The position numbers and the translations under genes were made by a program. The notes beneath the pieces were generated by a model, which saw nothing but the letters and a program-made list of their open reading frames with translations, was not told the origin of the DNA and did not search any database. A DNA stretch of 64,000 bases from contig NC_086097.1 of the NCBI RefSeq assembly GCF_963921235.1, positions 78,060,001 to 78,124,000 of the forward strand, in the 5' to 3' direction. Below are positions 12,561 to 25,253 of the stretch, in pieces (the first letter of the stretch is position 1; each line of letters opens with the position of its first letter). The stretch comes from Mobula hypostoma (lineage: Eukaryota).

Positions 12561-15099
12561 TCAGTCCACAAAAAAGGCAGAGGGTCTTATTCAGTTACCA
12601 AGGAAGGAAAATGAAATCAGGAAAAGTAGGATTTCTTTTGATAGAGCAGAACAATAACTAACAGTAACAGTTAAATATTAGCCTTGCTGATCATGCATCA
12701 CAAAGATCTTGCAATACTGGATTGTTTGAAGCCAGCTAAAAGAACAACTTCCACGTGGGTTTGAAGGGATGCATGACAAATAAATAATCTAGAAAATTAT
12801 CCATGGTTGGTAATGTTAAATCTGCTGTATAATTTAATCAAGGTGCGTACCCTTCCACTGAAATTCACTCTGCTGATGGAATGGATGCTGAAGCAATATA
12901 TAACACATCAAAGTGACGATATAATGTATTTAGCAGCATTGAACAGTGATGATCTTTCAATGTAACAAAATCATGATCATTCGCTTAGAAAGGATGGACA
13001 GCCAGCTACAATGTGGACACTGGAGATTGTGTCAACTCCTTGGCTCCTTGTGCAGCCTACTTTCTTTGAGCAATACTCAATACTTTCACCATATTTACTG
13101 CATGAGGGGGCCTGGCTGATTTTAGACACCTCTGTTTCACCCTTAACACCACCCAGTTTTTCGAACTGGCCTCACTTGCAATAGATGGCGACTTCAGCTG
13201 GATTTATAAAGATTTGGGCTGTCCAGCAGCATTCCAATTGGAAAACTGCTAGGAATGTTCAGCATCATTATATCCCAGCAATGACAGGCTAATCCCCATC
13301 CAAACTCAATCAGAACCAATTGGAAATTCATGAAACTAAAAGGCCAAATCAAGTGTCTTCACCTCCCTGCAATACCATGTATATGTTATTAACTTTTGAC
13401 ATGTTTTAAAAATCCTTGCAGGAGTCCCCGCAGGAATGTCAGTTTTTCATTGAAAACGTTCACATTAACCTACACTGTTCCACTAAATATTTTTGCTGAA
13501 AGTTTTGTCATTGGAATATAGAGGTAGCATTCTTCTCTCTCTAATCCTCAAAGCCAATTAATAAAATATTTATTTATAATTTATAAAATATTTTATATTT
13601 GTAGGCATACTGCACAAATTGCAGCCTGTCTGCACATCATTACATTTTAAGACGTGCTGACCAGATAGCTTTTCATTTCAAAACCTCTGGACAGAGGCTG
13701 CATTGTGCACAGACTGATAGCACCACAGTTAAACAAAATAAAGTCTGTCAAGGCATTGCTGAACCGCTCAGGAATGTGAAATGCTGCTCAATGCTATCAC
13801 AGGTACTTTCTTGACCTTAATTTGCACAGGAGGCTTGCTGGGTCTCAGAATAAAAACTGTGCACATTGGAACATCAGGATTTCTTATTTTCACAAACACA
13901 AGCTGATCTAGAAGTGGTGGAAGAATAATTTTCCATATGGCTTTCCAAGTCTGTCACTCACTCACAAGAGGAAATTGTTGGAGGCTGTGTTGTACCACTT
14001 GTCAGATACTTCATAGCATGTTATCATTCATTCAAAGAATGTCTGAGATGAACCATTTGTCACATGCTTTTACTGAAGTATCAAAGAAATCCAAAATGGA
14101 AGGTGTCTCAATATTAAAATGTCCTTTCTGTAGTAAATTACTATTTCTTAGTGACTGGTCCCAATTTAACTTGTTTCATGAGAGTGATAAGATGAATGGG
14201 ATGAAGGAGAAAGGGAGTGGTGATGATTTGGGGTGGGAGTGAAGGGAGACCACAATTCTACCATCTGAATATTGTTTCCTTTTTCATTCCAAGGCAATTA
14301 GCATTATATCTAAATACGGACTCCTTCCCGAAACCTACGGGAATGATGTGTCTGAGGGTTTGAGAAGAAGAAAAGGAAGCAGTGAATCGTGAAGGGGCTT
14401 TATGTTGGCTTAGAACCAAAGGCAATAACAGCAGGCAGCCTATGGCTGGGGCTGTCTGGTCAAGTTTTGATAGGGTTTAATGTGAGTATGACAAACAGAA
14501 TGCCTGAAATTTAAATGGAAACTGCCACTTGGCTTAATGTTACATTCCTTCACATTGTGCCAACTAAAACAACTAGGGTTAAGATCATGACAAATCCCAA
14601 CTTTAATTCTTAAGTAATATTGAGGGGTCTGCCTGTTGAGACTAGCCCCAAGATCAGCAGTTAAAATGGTAACAAGCACACTTGCAGCAGCAGCAAATCA
14701 TTATTTTTGACCTTCCTCATCCCTCACATTGCCCAAAGGCACTGTTAAAATCAGGAAAATGGTGCAAACATTAGTGAAGAGTTCCTTGACTGTACAATAA
14801 GAGGAGTTATTAAGGCATATTTCTATGTAAAGAGCCAGTGATTTGGCAGATCCCTCCAACTTAATATAATTCTGAATTTATTTATTCTCATTATTATTGG
14901 AATTAACTTCTATTGCAAAGTATAACATGACTTATTTTAGTTGGCCCTTGTACTTCTATGAGTATATTGAGAAACCTCATTCCGGCATGTTCTCAGTCTA
15001 GCACTAGCATGCCACCCCTAGTCTCTAATACAAGCCTCTTTCCAATCTACCTATCCCCACCACTCAAAGGTTAGCAGTCCTCCTCAAAAACGAGACATA

Positions 15100-15370
15100 C
15101 TTCTAAGCCACAGTGGCTAATATCTTAACTCAATAGTTTGGCCAGTTGATCTCCGAGAAATGAGTCTCTGTTTCTCTACAGGGAATGTTTTTCCATCTTC
15201 TCTAATCATCCAGTCTCTCCTCTGTGGATCTTGGCTGCAAATTAACAATGTGGCAAATGAATGAACATTTTCCTACCATACAACAGTGTTTCTACTTCAA
15301 AAATACTTTGGCTGTAAAGCACTTTGGGACACCCTGAAGTTGTAAAAGACAATAGGTAAGCACATAGTTT
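15100..15370 (+). mobile_element. Ancient DeuSINE-like (SacSINE/AmnSINE-type) 3' remnant
   Basis: ACAACAGTG...CTTCAAAAATACTT.GGCTGTAAAGCACTTTGGGACACCCTGA resembles the DeuSINE 3' region as recalled; not checked by alignment. Confidence 0.55.
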
Positions 15371-16448
15371 TTAAAGTTTTTGACATTGCTCAAGGCTTGA
15401 ATATGTAAATGTTTCTTCTCTTTTTATAACTGTTGGTATCTGAGCTTATAAATTATGGATTGATTGATCTGAATTAGAGAAACATTGTTTTGCCATTTAA
15501 CTTATAAGTACCGTAACAATTATTCTCCTGCTCTTATTCTTTACGTTCTAATGCTCTTATTTATTAGCTAAGATTAGGAATAATGTTGAGGATAGCATCA
15601 AAGTTATGCAGCAGTATCAGGCATTAAAGAATTCTCAAATACCACAGACCCATCTATTTGGTCTTTAAGAAAGTCTATTGTAACCAGTGATTCTCTTCAA
15701 TTTGTGGGATTATTCAGTCTCACAATGGAAAACAGATCCTTAACAAAGAAAAGTATTCATTTATTCTTCTGCTATTTGCATCATCAGTGATGATGGAAAC
15801 ATAATCCAAATTTGTCAAGGAGCCAGAAGACTGGTTGAGCTAATGTTCTACAAGTATCAAGCTACTACATACCTTACATAGCCATCTTGCAACCCTTAAC
15901 CACGACTCCATCAATGAGTTATGGTCAATTGCAATGCAATGACACACACAGCACCAAGAGCAGAATGAGATACAGTGGTGCTGTGTCTGTGAAGTGCAGC
16001 CAAAGTGTTTATTTGTCTTTGTGGTCTTTAAGTGCATGCTACAATGACTCCTGAGCTCAATTCAAAATATATATTTTCTCCATTTATCCATAAATATCTC
16101 ACATTGTTGGACAAACAAATTTAAAATATTACATTTTTCTGCGTGTTCTGTAAGGATATAATAACTTTAATCTTATCCAAACCTCCAGTGTCATGGTTCA
16201 CAACGATTTAATAAAATAAAAAAAAGCCAAAGTCTGTTACCTGGGATATTCTAGTTATGTGACCTATGAACTATTGTGTGGACATCCCCATTGATCTATG
16301 TGCCATGTTATCCAAAGGGCATTTGAGATGTCAATAGTAAATTGCAGATGCTTCAAATGTTAAGAAGCAAACATACACCCCTCAAAAAGGCCCTGCTAAT
16401 TCCTTGAGATGCAATGTATACTAGTGCATGACCTTCCTGATTAAAGAG

Positions 16449-18400
16449 TGTAACAAAGGGTGGTTACCAGGCTGGGTTGAACCGGGGTTGTTATCGTGAA
16501 ATTCAGTATCTTTAACCAGTGGACGACCAGAGGAGATGTAAACCATAGACCAGGACTCAAGTGCAGAGAAAACCAGAGATGAGGATGGAGTTGAAAGAAA
16601 AATCTGTACTTCAGGATTAGTTTGTGGGGACCTCAAGAATCGCCACACACAGACTGAAGAAGTTCAAGACTGAGTGAGCGAAGACATTCTCTGGAGAAAC
16701 AAGCAAGGCACAGATGCACTGGTATCTAAAACAAGATACAGGTGGAAATAATCAACTGGTAATCAGGGGAAGAGGAGCATTGGATTTTGGCAGATTCCTG
16801 AACCTCCTAGTGATCAAACCAAAGTATGACAGGACCACCTCGCTAGACCTAGCACCTGACAGCCCAGGGCAATCTGGGTGATGACACTGGAAGTGTCTGA
16901 TCCGGTCTGAGTCCAGGAGGTCATGGGAGAGAACCCACAACCTTTCCTCTGGGCTGTAACCATCCCAATGCACTAAATGCTGGAGCCAGCCATGAACCAG
17001 ACAGGAGTGCAGAAGCTGACAGATGGTGCATGACCGCTGAACATCACCAGGTCTTGGGATTGGTGCTAGCGGACTGCACTGAAGGGGTTTTAGATGGGAG
17101 ACATAGAAGGTGGAGAGATATGCATTGCATGAGGTAACTGGAGACAGTAAGTGACTGTGTTGATCTGACAAGGAACCTTGAACGGCCTAATGTAGCATGG
17201 CGCCTTTTTCCAAGACTCAACCCACATCAGGAGATCCTTTGTGAGAGCCAGACACTCTGACCAGGATGGAACAAAGGCCCCAGCTGCTGTCGACAGTTGT
17301 CATGTGGCTGTTTCTGCTGAGAGGCCTTCAGCGAGGCTGCCCAGCTTTCTTCTACTTCTGGTGGCAATGATGGGCCAGTTGTTTAGCAGCTGGGACCCCC
17401 ACCTCAGACACCTGCTTTGGAAACAGAGGGGATGGATAACCAAACTGACACTCAAAGGGAGATGTACCTGTGGAAGAGTAGTGCAGTGTTATGAACAAAC
17501 TTTGCCCAGAGCGGGTATCACTCCAAGAGGATGGGTTGCCCAACGCAAGACCCCTCAGGGACTTGTCCAGGTTCTAGTTAGTCTTCTCTGTCTGCCCATT
17601 GGACTGGGGGTGAAATCCATTGAGAGCCTGACTGTAGCTCTAATGAGCCAACAGAAGGCTTTCCAGAAGCAAGAGGTAATCTGAGAATCTCAGTCAGAAA
17701 CAACGTCTTGGGGAAAGCTGTGCTCTCTAAATACATGATGCAGCTAAAATTTGGCCCTCTCTGGAGCTGAGGGAAGCTAGAGTAGGGGTACAAATTGGAG
17801 GCCCTTGGAGAACCAGTCCATCACCATAATCATAGTATTTCCTTGTGATGGTGGCAGACCAATAATGAAGTCCATGGAGATATGGGACCAGGGACTGGAA
17901 GATATGGGCACTGGGTATACCAGTTCCTATTGGCATGATCTCGATTCCTTGTTCTCAACATTGATGTGACAGGCTGAAAGGTATAATTTAACATTCCCAT
18001 CCATGCCCAGCCTCCAGAACTGCCTGTTGATGAACTCCGCTGTTCAAGCAGTCACTAGATGTTCTGTGGTACATGACGCCTGCCCCCACTGTAACGCACC
18101 TAAATGGAGAGAGTGCAAAGACAACCATATGGGTTGTTCCCTGGGTCTGCTTCCTGCTGTTGTGCTCTCCCGAAATGGTCTCAACCTCCCATTGATCAGG
18201 TGCCACCAGTATGGACCTCGGGAGGATGCATTAAAGTGTTTAATGGATACATTAGACATTTACTTTAGGGACAATGGTGAAGAGAAACTTCATATACCTT
18301 TAGTGGTTTGATGATTGAGAAATAGAAAATGAACCCCTGATGGCCTTATTTTCAAAATTATAGTTTGTGAAGGCAGACTGACTTTGAAAATGGTGCAAGA
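16449..18400 (-). mobile_element. Gypsy (chromovirus-type) LTR retrotransposon remnant: integrase, chromodomain and 3' LTR
   Basis: Frameshifted integrase motifs (SSTGTSPFECQFGY; GFHPQSNGQTE-like segment); chromodomain-like LVHWDGYSPEERLWV; putative 3' LTR TGTCAT...GTTACA at 16831-16449. Confidence 0.8.
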
Positions 18401-18444
18401 CTTTTATTAAAGAGTTTTATCTTCACAATTTTTTAATAAGGCAG

Positions 18445-18722
18445 AGGTTAGGAAAAACTTCTTCACACAGAGAGTGGTGAATCTGTGGAATTCTCTGCCA
18501 CAGCAAACTGTTGAGGCCAGTTCATTAGCTATGTTTAAAAGGAAGTTAGATATGGCCCTTGTGGCTACAGGGGTCAGGGGGTATGGAGGGAAGGCTGGGT
18601 TCTGAGTTGGATGATCAGCCATGATCAGCCATGATCAGCCATGATCATAATAAATGGCGGTGCAGGCTCGAAGGGCCGAATGGCCTACTCCTGCACCTAT
18701 TTTCTATGTTTCTATGTTTCTA
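18445..18722 (+). mobile_element. Young CR1 3' end
   Basis: Near-identical to the reverse complement of ~27470-27730; (TTTCTATG)n tail; TGATCAGCCA triplication. Confidence 0.9.
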
Positions 18723-19264
18723 TTCAATGTGACTTTGACTGATTTGCTTTACTCTACAGACACCATTCTAATTTCCAACCATGAGCGCATGATTTTGATT
18801 GTGTGCTGCCCTGTATTAACATATGGGAGGCTACTCATTTAAACTGATGACAAAGTTTGATCCTTTTTGTACAAACAGAATACTCAGCATCCAATTCAAC
18901 TTCAGTGAATTCAATAGCCAAATGTTCCTTCAAGCACTGGAAGAAACTTTCATCTACTTCATTTTTCTATGTCATCTACAAAGTATTTTTATCAAATGTA
19001 GATTTATTAGTGTTTAGCCTAGTGAACATACTGTTTTCACAAAGTCATCAAAATCCTAGCAAAGTACTCAAAGGATGAATTAATCCAACTGACAGACTTA
19101 TAATAAGGCTCTGGTCTGAACTCATTAACACAAGTGACTTCCACTTAAGTTATCAGTGCTGCATTTGAAATTAAAAGCAAAAATTGACATGTGATGTAAA
19201 ATTTATTCAAATCTGTCCTAACAAGTATATTGTCCTTGAATATGTTTTTTTTTGGAATCTGTGG

Positions 19265-19830
19265 ATCACTAGCAAGGGCAACATTAATTTTTCATCTCTA
19301 ATTGTCAGTGGTGGTGAGTCACCTGCTTCAGCAGCTGCAGTTCTTTTGGTGAAGATGCTTCCACAGTACTGATGAGTAGGGTATTCAACAGCCTAGTCCC
19401 AATGTGAAGAAGAGATAGACATCTATTTCCAAATTATGATAATATGTAGCTTGGAAAGGAATCTAGAGGAAGTAGTGTTACCATGCACTTGCTATCACTG
19501 TCCTTCTTGGTGGTAGAATTTGTGGATTTAGGAGATGCTGTCAGAGTAGCCAAAGTGAGTAAGCACAGTGTATTTTGAATTTAGCACATACAGCCACAGG
19601 ACAACAGTGTCAGGAGATTCAATGACTATTAAATGGGCTCAGATTTATCCTTAATGGTGTTGAGAGTGTTTCTAAAGCTGCACTCATCTGGGAATTCATG
19701 CTGTAAATCTCCTCATTTTTTCCTTATAGAATGCAGAAAGGTTTGTGGTAGCAAGAGGAGAGTTGTTCACAGCAGGATACCTACTATAGCATCTGCCCTG
19801 TTCTTGTAACCACAGTCATCATACGATTGT
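19265..19830. mobile_element. Old LINE-like interspersed repeat remnant
   Basis: Similar to ~1010-1230 and ~35860-35960 (e.g. GCTGCAGT...GGTGAAG...CAGTACTG...GTAGGG); family not identified. Confidence 0.4.
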
Positions 19831-20249
19831 GAAGGTTGAAAAGGTCAGTGTGTCAAGGCCCGAGGTGAGGGACAGGCCAGTTTAGATCGCTGCACAGAAT
19901 ACGGGACTCTCTTTGCAAACTTCAGTTCCGAATGCTACTTGCTTGCGGTTACTGCTGGCATAATGTAATTATTTTCTTTCTGCACAAAGGGTGTTCGATG
20001 GTCTTTTTCTTATATGAGTTATTTTGTGTTTCTTTGTTTTGTGGTTGCCTGTTAGGAGACGAATCTCAAGGTTGTATAATGTACACATACTAAATGTACT
20101 TGATAGATTTAGTATGATATGATAATAAAAGTACTTTGAACTTTGAATGGTTTTATTGAGTTTCTCTAATTTTCTCTTAACTCTCCCTTCTTTGAGTTGA
20201 GTACTACCCGTCATATAGAGAACAGAATTGAAGTAAATGGATCATTTTC

Positions 20250-21228
20250 ATGCTGTTGCTAGTGGAGTGCACTACGGATCAGTTAGACTCTCAATTGATT
20301 ACTATTTATAATGTTTCCAATTTTGCTGAGGATACAGAATTAGGCAGAAATACATATTTGTGATGAGGATGTTGTGGTTCTGCAACAGGATGCAGGTAGA
20401 TTGAATAACTGGGCAAAAATTTGTCAAATGGAGCTTAATGTGGAGAAGTATGAAATCAGTAGAAGATTATTATCTATAAAGGCAGATTATTATCTAAATG
20501 TAGAGAGAGTGCAAATGAATGAAATTCGCAGAGTATTTCCCAAAATGGGAATTTTTATGCATGAATCACATAGAGTTAACAGGCAGGTCCAAAGTGTAGT
20601 TACAAATGGCATGCAGGCTTTCATTCTGAAGAAGTGGTAGTATAAGGACAGAGAGGTTTTGTTACAGTTGTATAGGGCATTGGTGACACCACATCTGGAA
20701 TACCGTTTTGATACCTTTGCCGAAAAAAACATATACTGGACTTGGATACATTCCAAGTGAGATTCACCAAACTAATCCCTGGGCTGAGAGGGTTGTCCTA
20801 TCAAGAGCAGCTAGGCAGTTTTGGTCTGTTTTCCTGGAGTCTCGAAGAATGAGAAATGATCTTACTCAAATATATAAGTTCCTAAGAGGACTTGACAGGA
20901 TAGATGATGAGATGCTTTCATTAGTGGAGGAGTTATAAGCAAGGGGATATTACTACAAAATAAGGGGCTAGTCATTTTTTTTTAAATTAGATTCTTTTTC
21001 TCCCAGATTGTAGTGAATCCCTGTGATTCTCTGAAAGTAAGAATGCTGAGGGCCAGAGCTTTAGATACACTTAAGATGGAGATAGACAAATATCTGAAAG
21101 ATCAAATAATTGAGGGAAAAAAGGGAACTGGCCACTAAAGAGGAATTGAGGGCAGCATGGATCAGTCATGATCAAATTGAATGGTAGAGCAGACCTGAGG
21201 GTCTGAGTATCATACTCCTGCTCCTATT
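20250..21228 (+). mobile_element. Old CR1 LINE 3' region
   Basis: LQQDAGRLNNWAKICQMELNVEK; YKFLRGLDRID; CR1-type 3' UTR. Confidence 0.85.
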
Positions 21229-22561
21229 AGAGTTAATAGATTTTCGGTTGTTTTCCTGGCTACCAAATATAAAGCATAAAATTTTGGTTCATTAAGGGTT
21301 AATTTTAGGATTATGTTATTTTTATGATCAATATCTGTAGTATGCAATTGTAAAAGAATCAAATGAGCAAAGCTAGCAAATATTTGCTTGGGAAATATTG
21401 TCTTTCATTGAAGAGATCTTGAAATCAATTTTTTTAATTTTCTAATGTGAATGTTATAAACCAAGAATGGAGAAATACTTCACATTAAAATCCATCACAC
21501 TGGGAACCCTGAAATTATATTAAGCTCCATTCATTAGAATTGTCAGCCTTATTTTTAATTCTGATGTAACTTGATTCAGACTCGGATGAGTTGTCATTTA
21601 TTCCAGAATCCAGACAGACCTACTGCACCTCAGTTTCCAACTATACTACTTTCACGTGACCAGTCTTCCGATTATGGTGAAGGAAAAAAATGCCCGTGAA
21701 AACTCTTTTGGAGCAAAACAGGGAATCTTCTGGACAGAATATACTATACTCTTGGAATCACGTGGAAAAAGGAAACATTCTTCACATAGTAAAAGAATGA
21801 ATATTGTAACTACCCTGGAAGCGACATTTCCAGCAAAACCAAATTCCCGGTAGATGATCGATTTTAGTTCCTTCCAACATAGTTGTGTCTGTCATGGAAA
21901 AGCTGAAAATAATGCTGAGGGTAACATATGCTAAACTAATATTCCACAAACAAGTGCTAGAACCTAATGTTTTAGCTTTTTTTTTCACCACAGTCCTAAG
22001 AATATTATAACAGCTGCTGATTTGATTTAATATATGCTTCTGGTTGTAAATTACAATAGACTACCACTTTCATAGAAGCGGCAACCAATTTTTGACCAAC
22101 AGTGAAGCTATAGTTGGTCCAACTCAAAACAATCTCCAATAGCAGTCACTTTAACCCCTCAACTATAAAAGGGATAATAGTAACATCTGTGTTTCAGTTG
22201 TAGATTTGTGCAGTTGATTAATCGATTCTCTGATTTGCTGTCAGAAATAAAAGGGGAAGAAAGGAGAAATTGTGGCAGTTCCATGTCCTCTAAAACCAAC
22301 CATCCAAAAGGACTTTCAGATAAATTGATGGTGTTATTCAATGCAGTTAAAATACAATAAAAGTGCAAAGAAATAAAACAGTAATTTTACACCTACAATT
22401 GAAAAACACTTGTAAACTGCTGAGATAAGGCTTATGTACTTAATTTCCAAGGTCAGTTTCCTGCCAGTTTGAATAACACTGCCTGTGCCATCATCTTCCA
22501 TAATGAGATCACGTCCACTATCAGTAGCACCATATTTCATATCAAGAGCATGTGCATTGAA

Positions 22562-23088
22562 CATTCAGTGGCAACTTTATTAGTTACGCCTGTCCATCTG
22601 CTCATTAATGCAAATATCAATCCAACCAATCATGTGGCAGCAACTCAATGCATAAAAGCATGCAGACATAGTCAAGAGGTTCAGTTTTTGTTCAGACCAA
22701 ACATCAGAATGAGGAAGAAATCTAATCTAAGTGACTTCGACTGTGGAATGGTGCCAGACAATGATTATTGGGTGGTTTCAGGATCTCAGACACCGCTGGA
22801 ATTTTCTAGAGCTTACACAGAATGGTGCGAGAAACAAAAATCATCCACTGAGCAGCAGTTTGGTGGGTGAAAATGCTTTTTTAATGAGAGAGGTCAGAGG
22901 AGAATGGCCAGACAGGAAGGTGACCGTAACTCAAATAACCACGTGTTACCACAGCGGTGTGCAGAAGAGCATCTCTGAATATCCAGCCTTGAAGTGGATG
23001 GGCTGCAGCAGCAGAAGACCACAAACATACACTCAATGGCCACTTTATTAGGTACGGGAGGTACTGAATAAAGTGGGCATTAAGCATA
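22562..23088 (+). mobile_element. Tc1-type non-autonomous DNA transposon (MITE)
   Basis: Degenerate TIRs (CATTCAGTGGCAACTTTATTAG... / ...AATAAAGTGGGCATTAAG), an extra TIR copy at ~23029, and a Tc1 N-terminal remnant (RKKSNLSDFDCGM, TVTQITTCY...QKSISE). Confidence 0.75.
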
Positions 23089-23882
23089 CATGCTAATTTT
23101 TGTATTGAGTCTGTGTACTATCAGCAGCACTGCCATTTGTTCTGAACTGTAGAGAACTGCACACACTTGAAAATACTGCCTTTTGCACTCAGTGGGTGTA
23201 TTGTCAGTAGGCACTTTTCCTATCGTGAGTTTGTGCATTTTCTTCACTGATAAGAGTTTACTCTCAGAGGTATGTCTTTCATGCTGAGAGTATAGGCAAC
23301 ATCAAAGATACTGGTTTTCAGCTTCTGATATTTACTCAAGATGTTGTTTGCTCTCTCAAAGGGGTAGAATTATCCCGTTGCACTATAGAGTAGTGAAGGC
23401 TGGTTTTCCCTGTGGCCAAACACATATATAAATCCATCAATAGCATTAGTAAATTATAATAGATATCGAACTGTTATGGTTTGTGTAGTTTGTTATTTTG
23501 TTACTTTGCATTGTTTGTCATTTTCTATACTCAACAATATTTCATTGTGTTGTGGCAAAATTTCATGTCCTGATTTTCTTTTCAACTTCTTCATTAGCGT
23601 TCAAAAGCAACCCTCTTGCTCAAAGTGTAAGGAAATACCAGTTCTATTTGGATCCATGGAGCAAAGCAGCAGGGTGGAGATGTTTGAGCCAATCTTACCC
23701 ATACTGACTGTTCAGCAGAGTTTTCCAATTTGTTTAGCTCCCAGGTTCTGTCCCCACAGCCCTATAAAAGATTTCTACATGAGTACATTTCCAATTACCC
23801 TTTAAAAGTAACCAATAAACTTTGTTCCTTTATGTTCTTAGCCAGAGGATTCCTGCATTCAACAAATATTAGCAAATAATAT

Positions 23883-23977
23883 CCTGACGAAGGGTCTCGG
23901 CCTGAAACGTCGACTGCGCCTCTTCCTATAGATGCTGCTTGGCCTGCTGCGTTCACCAGCAACTTTGATGTATGTTG
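23883..23977 (+). ncRNA. 95-bp insertion with minimal type I hammerhead ribozyme core
   Basis: CTGACGA (23884-90), stem II AGG...CCT, GAAA-C-G-TC then GACTG; 14-bp TSD with 1 mismatch (23869-82, 23978-91). Confidence 0.85.
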
Positions 23978-24714
23978 TTAGCAAATATTATGACCTTTTT
24001 CTCTTCTTTGTTCCATTAGGTTACTGCTATGTTGACTCAGGCCTAGGGGGCCGGCATCGGGCCTCCATTAGGTTCCTCCCCTGAAACTCAGAACCTCTGG
24101 TTTCTGCCTTGATTGCTGCTATGAATAGCTTCTCCATCTTTACAGACTTGTCCAGTCTGAGGATCAGTGCATGTCTTCTGGAGAATGAGGCAGACTTCAT
24201 GGTGAAAGAAAGAGGACAATAGGGAGCCATGAACAGAACACAGGAGGAACCAGATAGAAAGTGACCCGGGGTGGGGTGGGGGGGGGAGAGAGAGAGAGAG
24301 AGAGATGTCAAATATGAGCCAATTATTAAGCTCATATGCCTCCTCTGCTTTATCATTTTGTATATAATTTCAGTCATCCCTCAACCTCTCCTATTGACAT
24401 ATTTCCATTATTTTATTTCTGCTGTGTGTTTACAACATCTCCTTTTTGATGGTCTCTCAATTTTTTAACTGTTGTTTTGCCTCCTGATGTTTGAATTAAA
24501 TCTCATTTATTACTTACATTTACAATCAGCTTTCTTTCAAAGATCATTACTATATTATTCCATACCCTTTTCTATATTTACTTTACTTATCTTATTTTTT
24601 ATTTATTTCTCCAAATAATCTCTGGGTAATATCTGCTGACTTGCCCATTCTATTGCTCAGACTGATAGACTGTGAGGCCACTTTTACATGAGAGGATTGG
24701 CATCCTTAGTGACT

Positions 24715-24915
24715 TCCCACACAGGGTGGTGAATCTCCGCAATTCTCTACCTTGAAGGAATTCTGGAGACCGCGGATCATTTTTCTGGAAGATTGGGAAA
24801 TTGAAAGCTGTGTGAAACTGGCAGAGATGTGGAGTCTGCCATGATCATATTGAATAGTGGGACAGGACTAAAATGGTAAGTGCCCTTCCTGCTACTGTCC
24901 TTTCATATTTCTGTG
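24715..24915 (+). mobile_element. Old CR1 3' fragment
   Basis: CACAGGGTGGTGAATCTC...GCCATGATCATATTGAAT, similar to other CR1 3' ends here. Confidence 0.6.
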
Positions 24916-25253
24916 TCATCGTGAGTTTACATTGCTTTAATCATGTTTTATTTTTAAGGCCAAAATTCACTATGTCTGTCAAAAATATCTTATTTATTAT
25001 TCCTTTACTGAGAAAAATAGATCAGGTTAATGGAAGTTAAATTAGTAAAGATATCTGTATCTATTTTGCTGAATGACAATGCAATTTGTTACTCCTGCTT
25101 TTTCATTTAGCAGACAGCCTCCTGAGAAGACAAACAAGGAACTACAGTACATCAAGAATTCAGGGATTTTTATTTATATTATACACCCACATTTTCAGCC
25201 ATACAGAGATAAGGTGCAAGGTTATTGTGACTGAGTCAATTGCTGCACTATGA

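Noticed and set aside
21600..22560. Short ORFs with splice-like signals
   Set aside because: No recognisable protein and no consistent strand or phase; may be non-coding.
24020..24300. Strong plus-strand acceptor before GC-richer sequence
   Set aside because: Stops in all three plus frames and no convincing donor.
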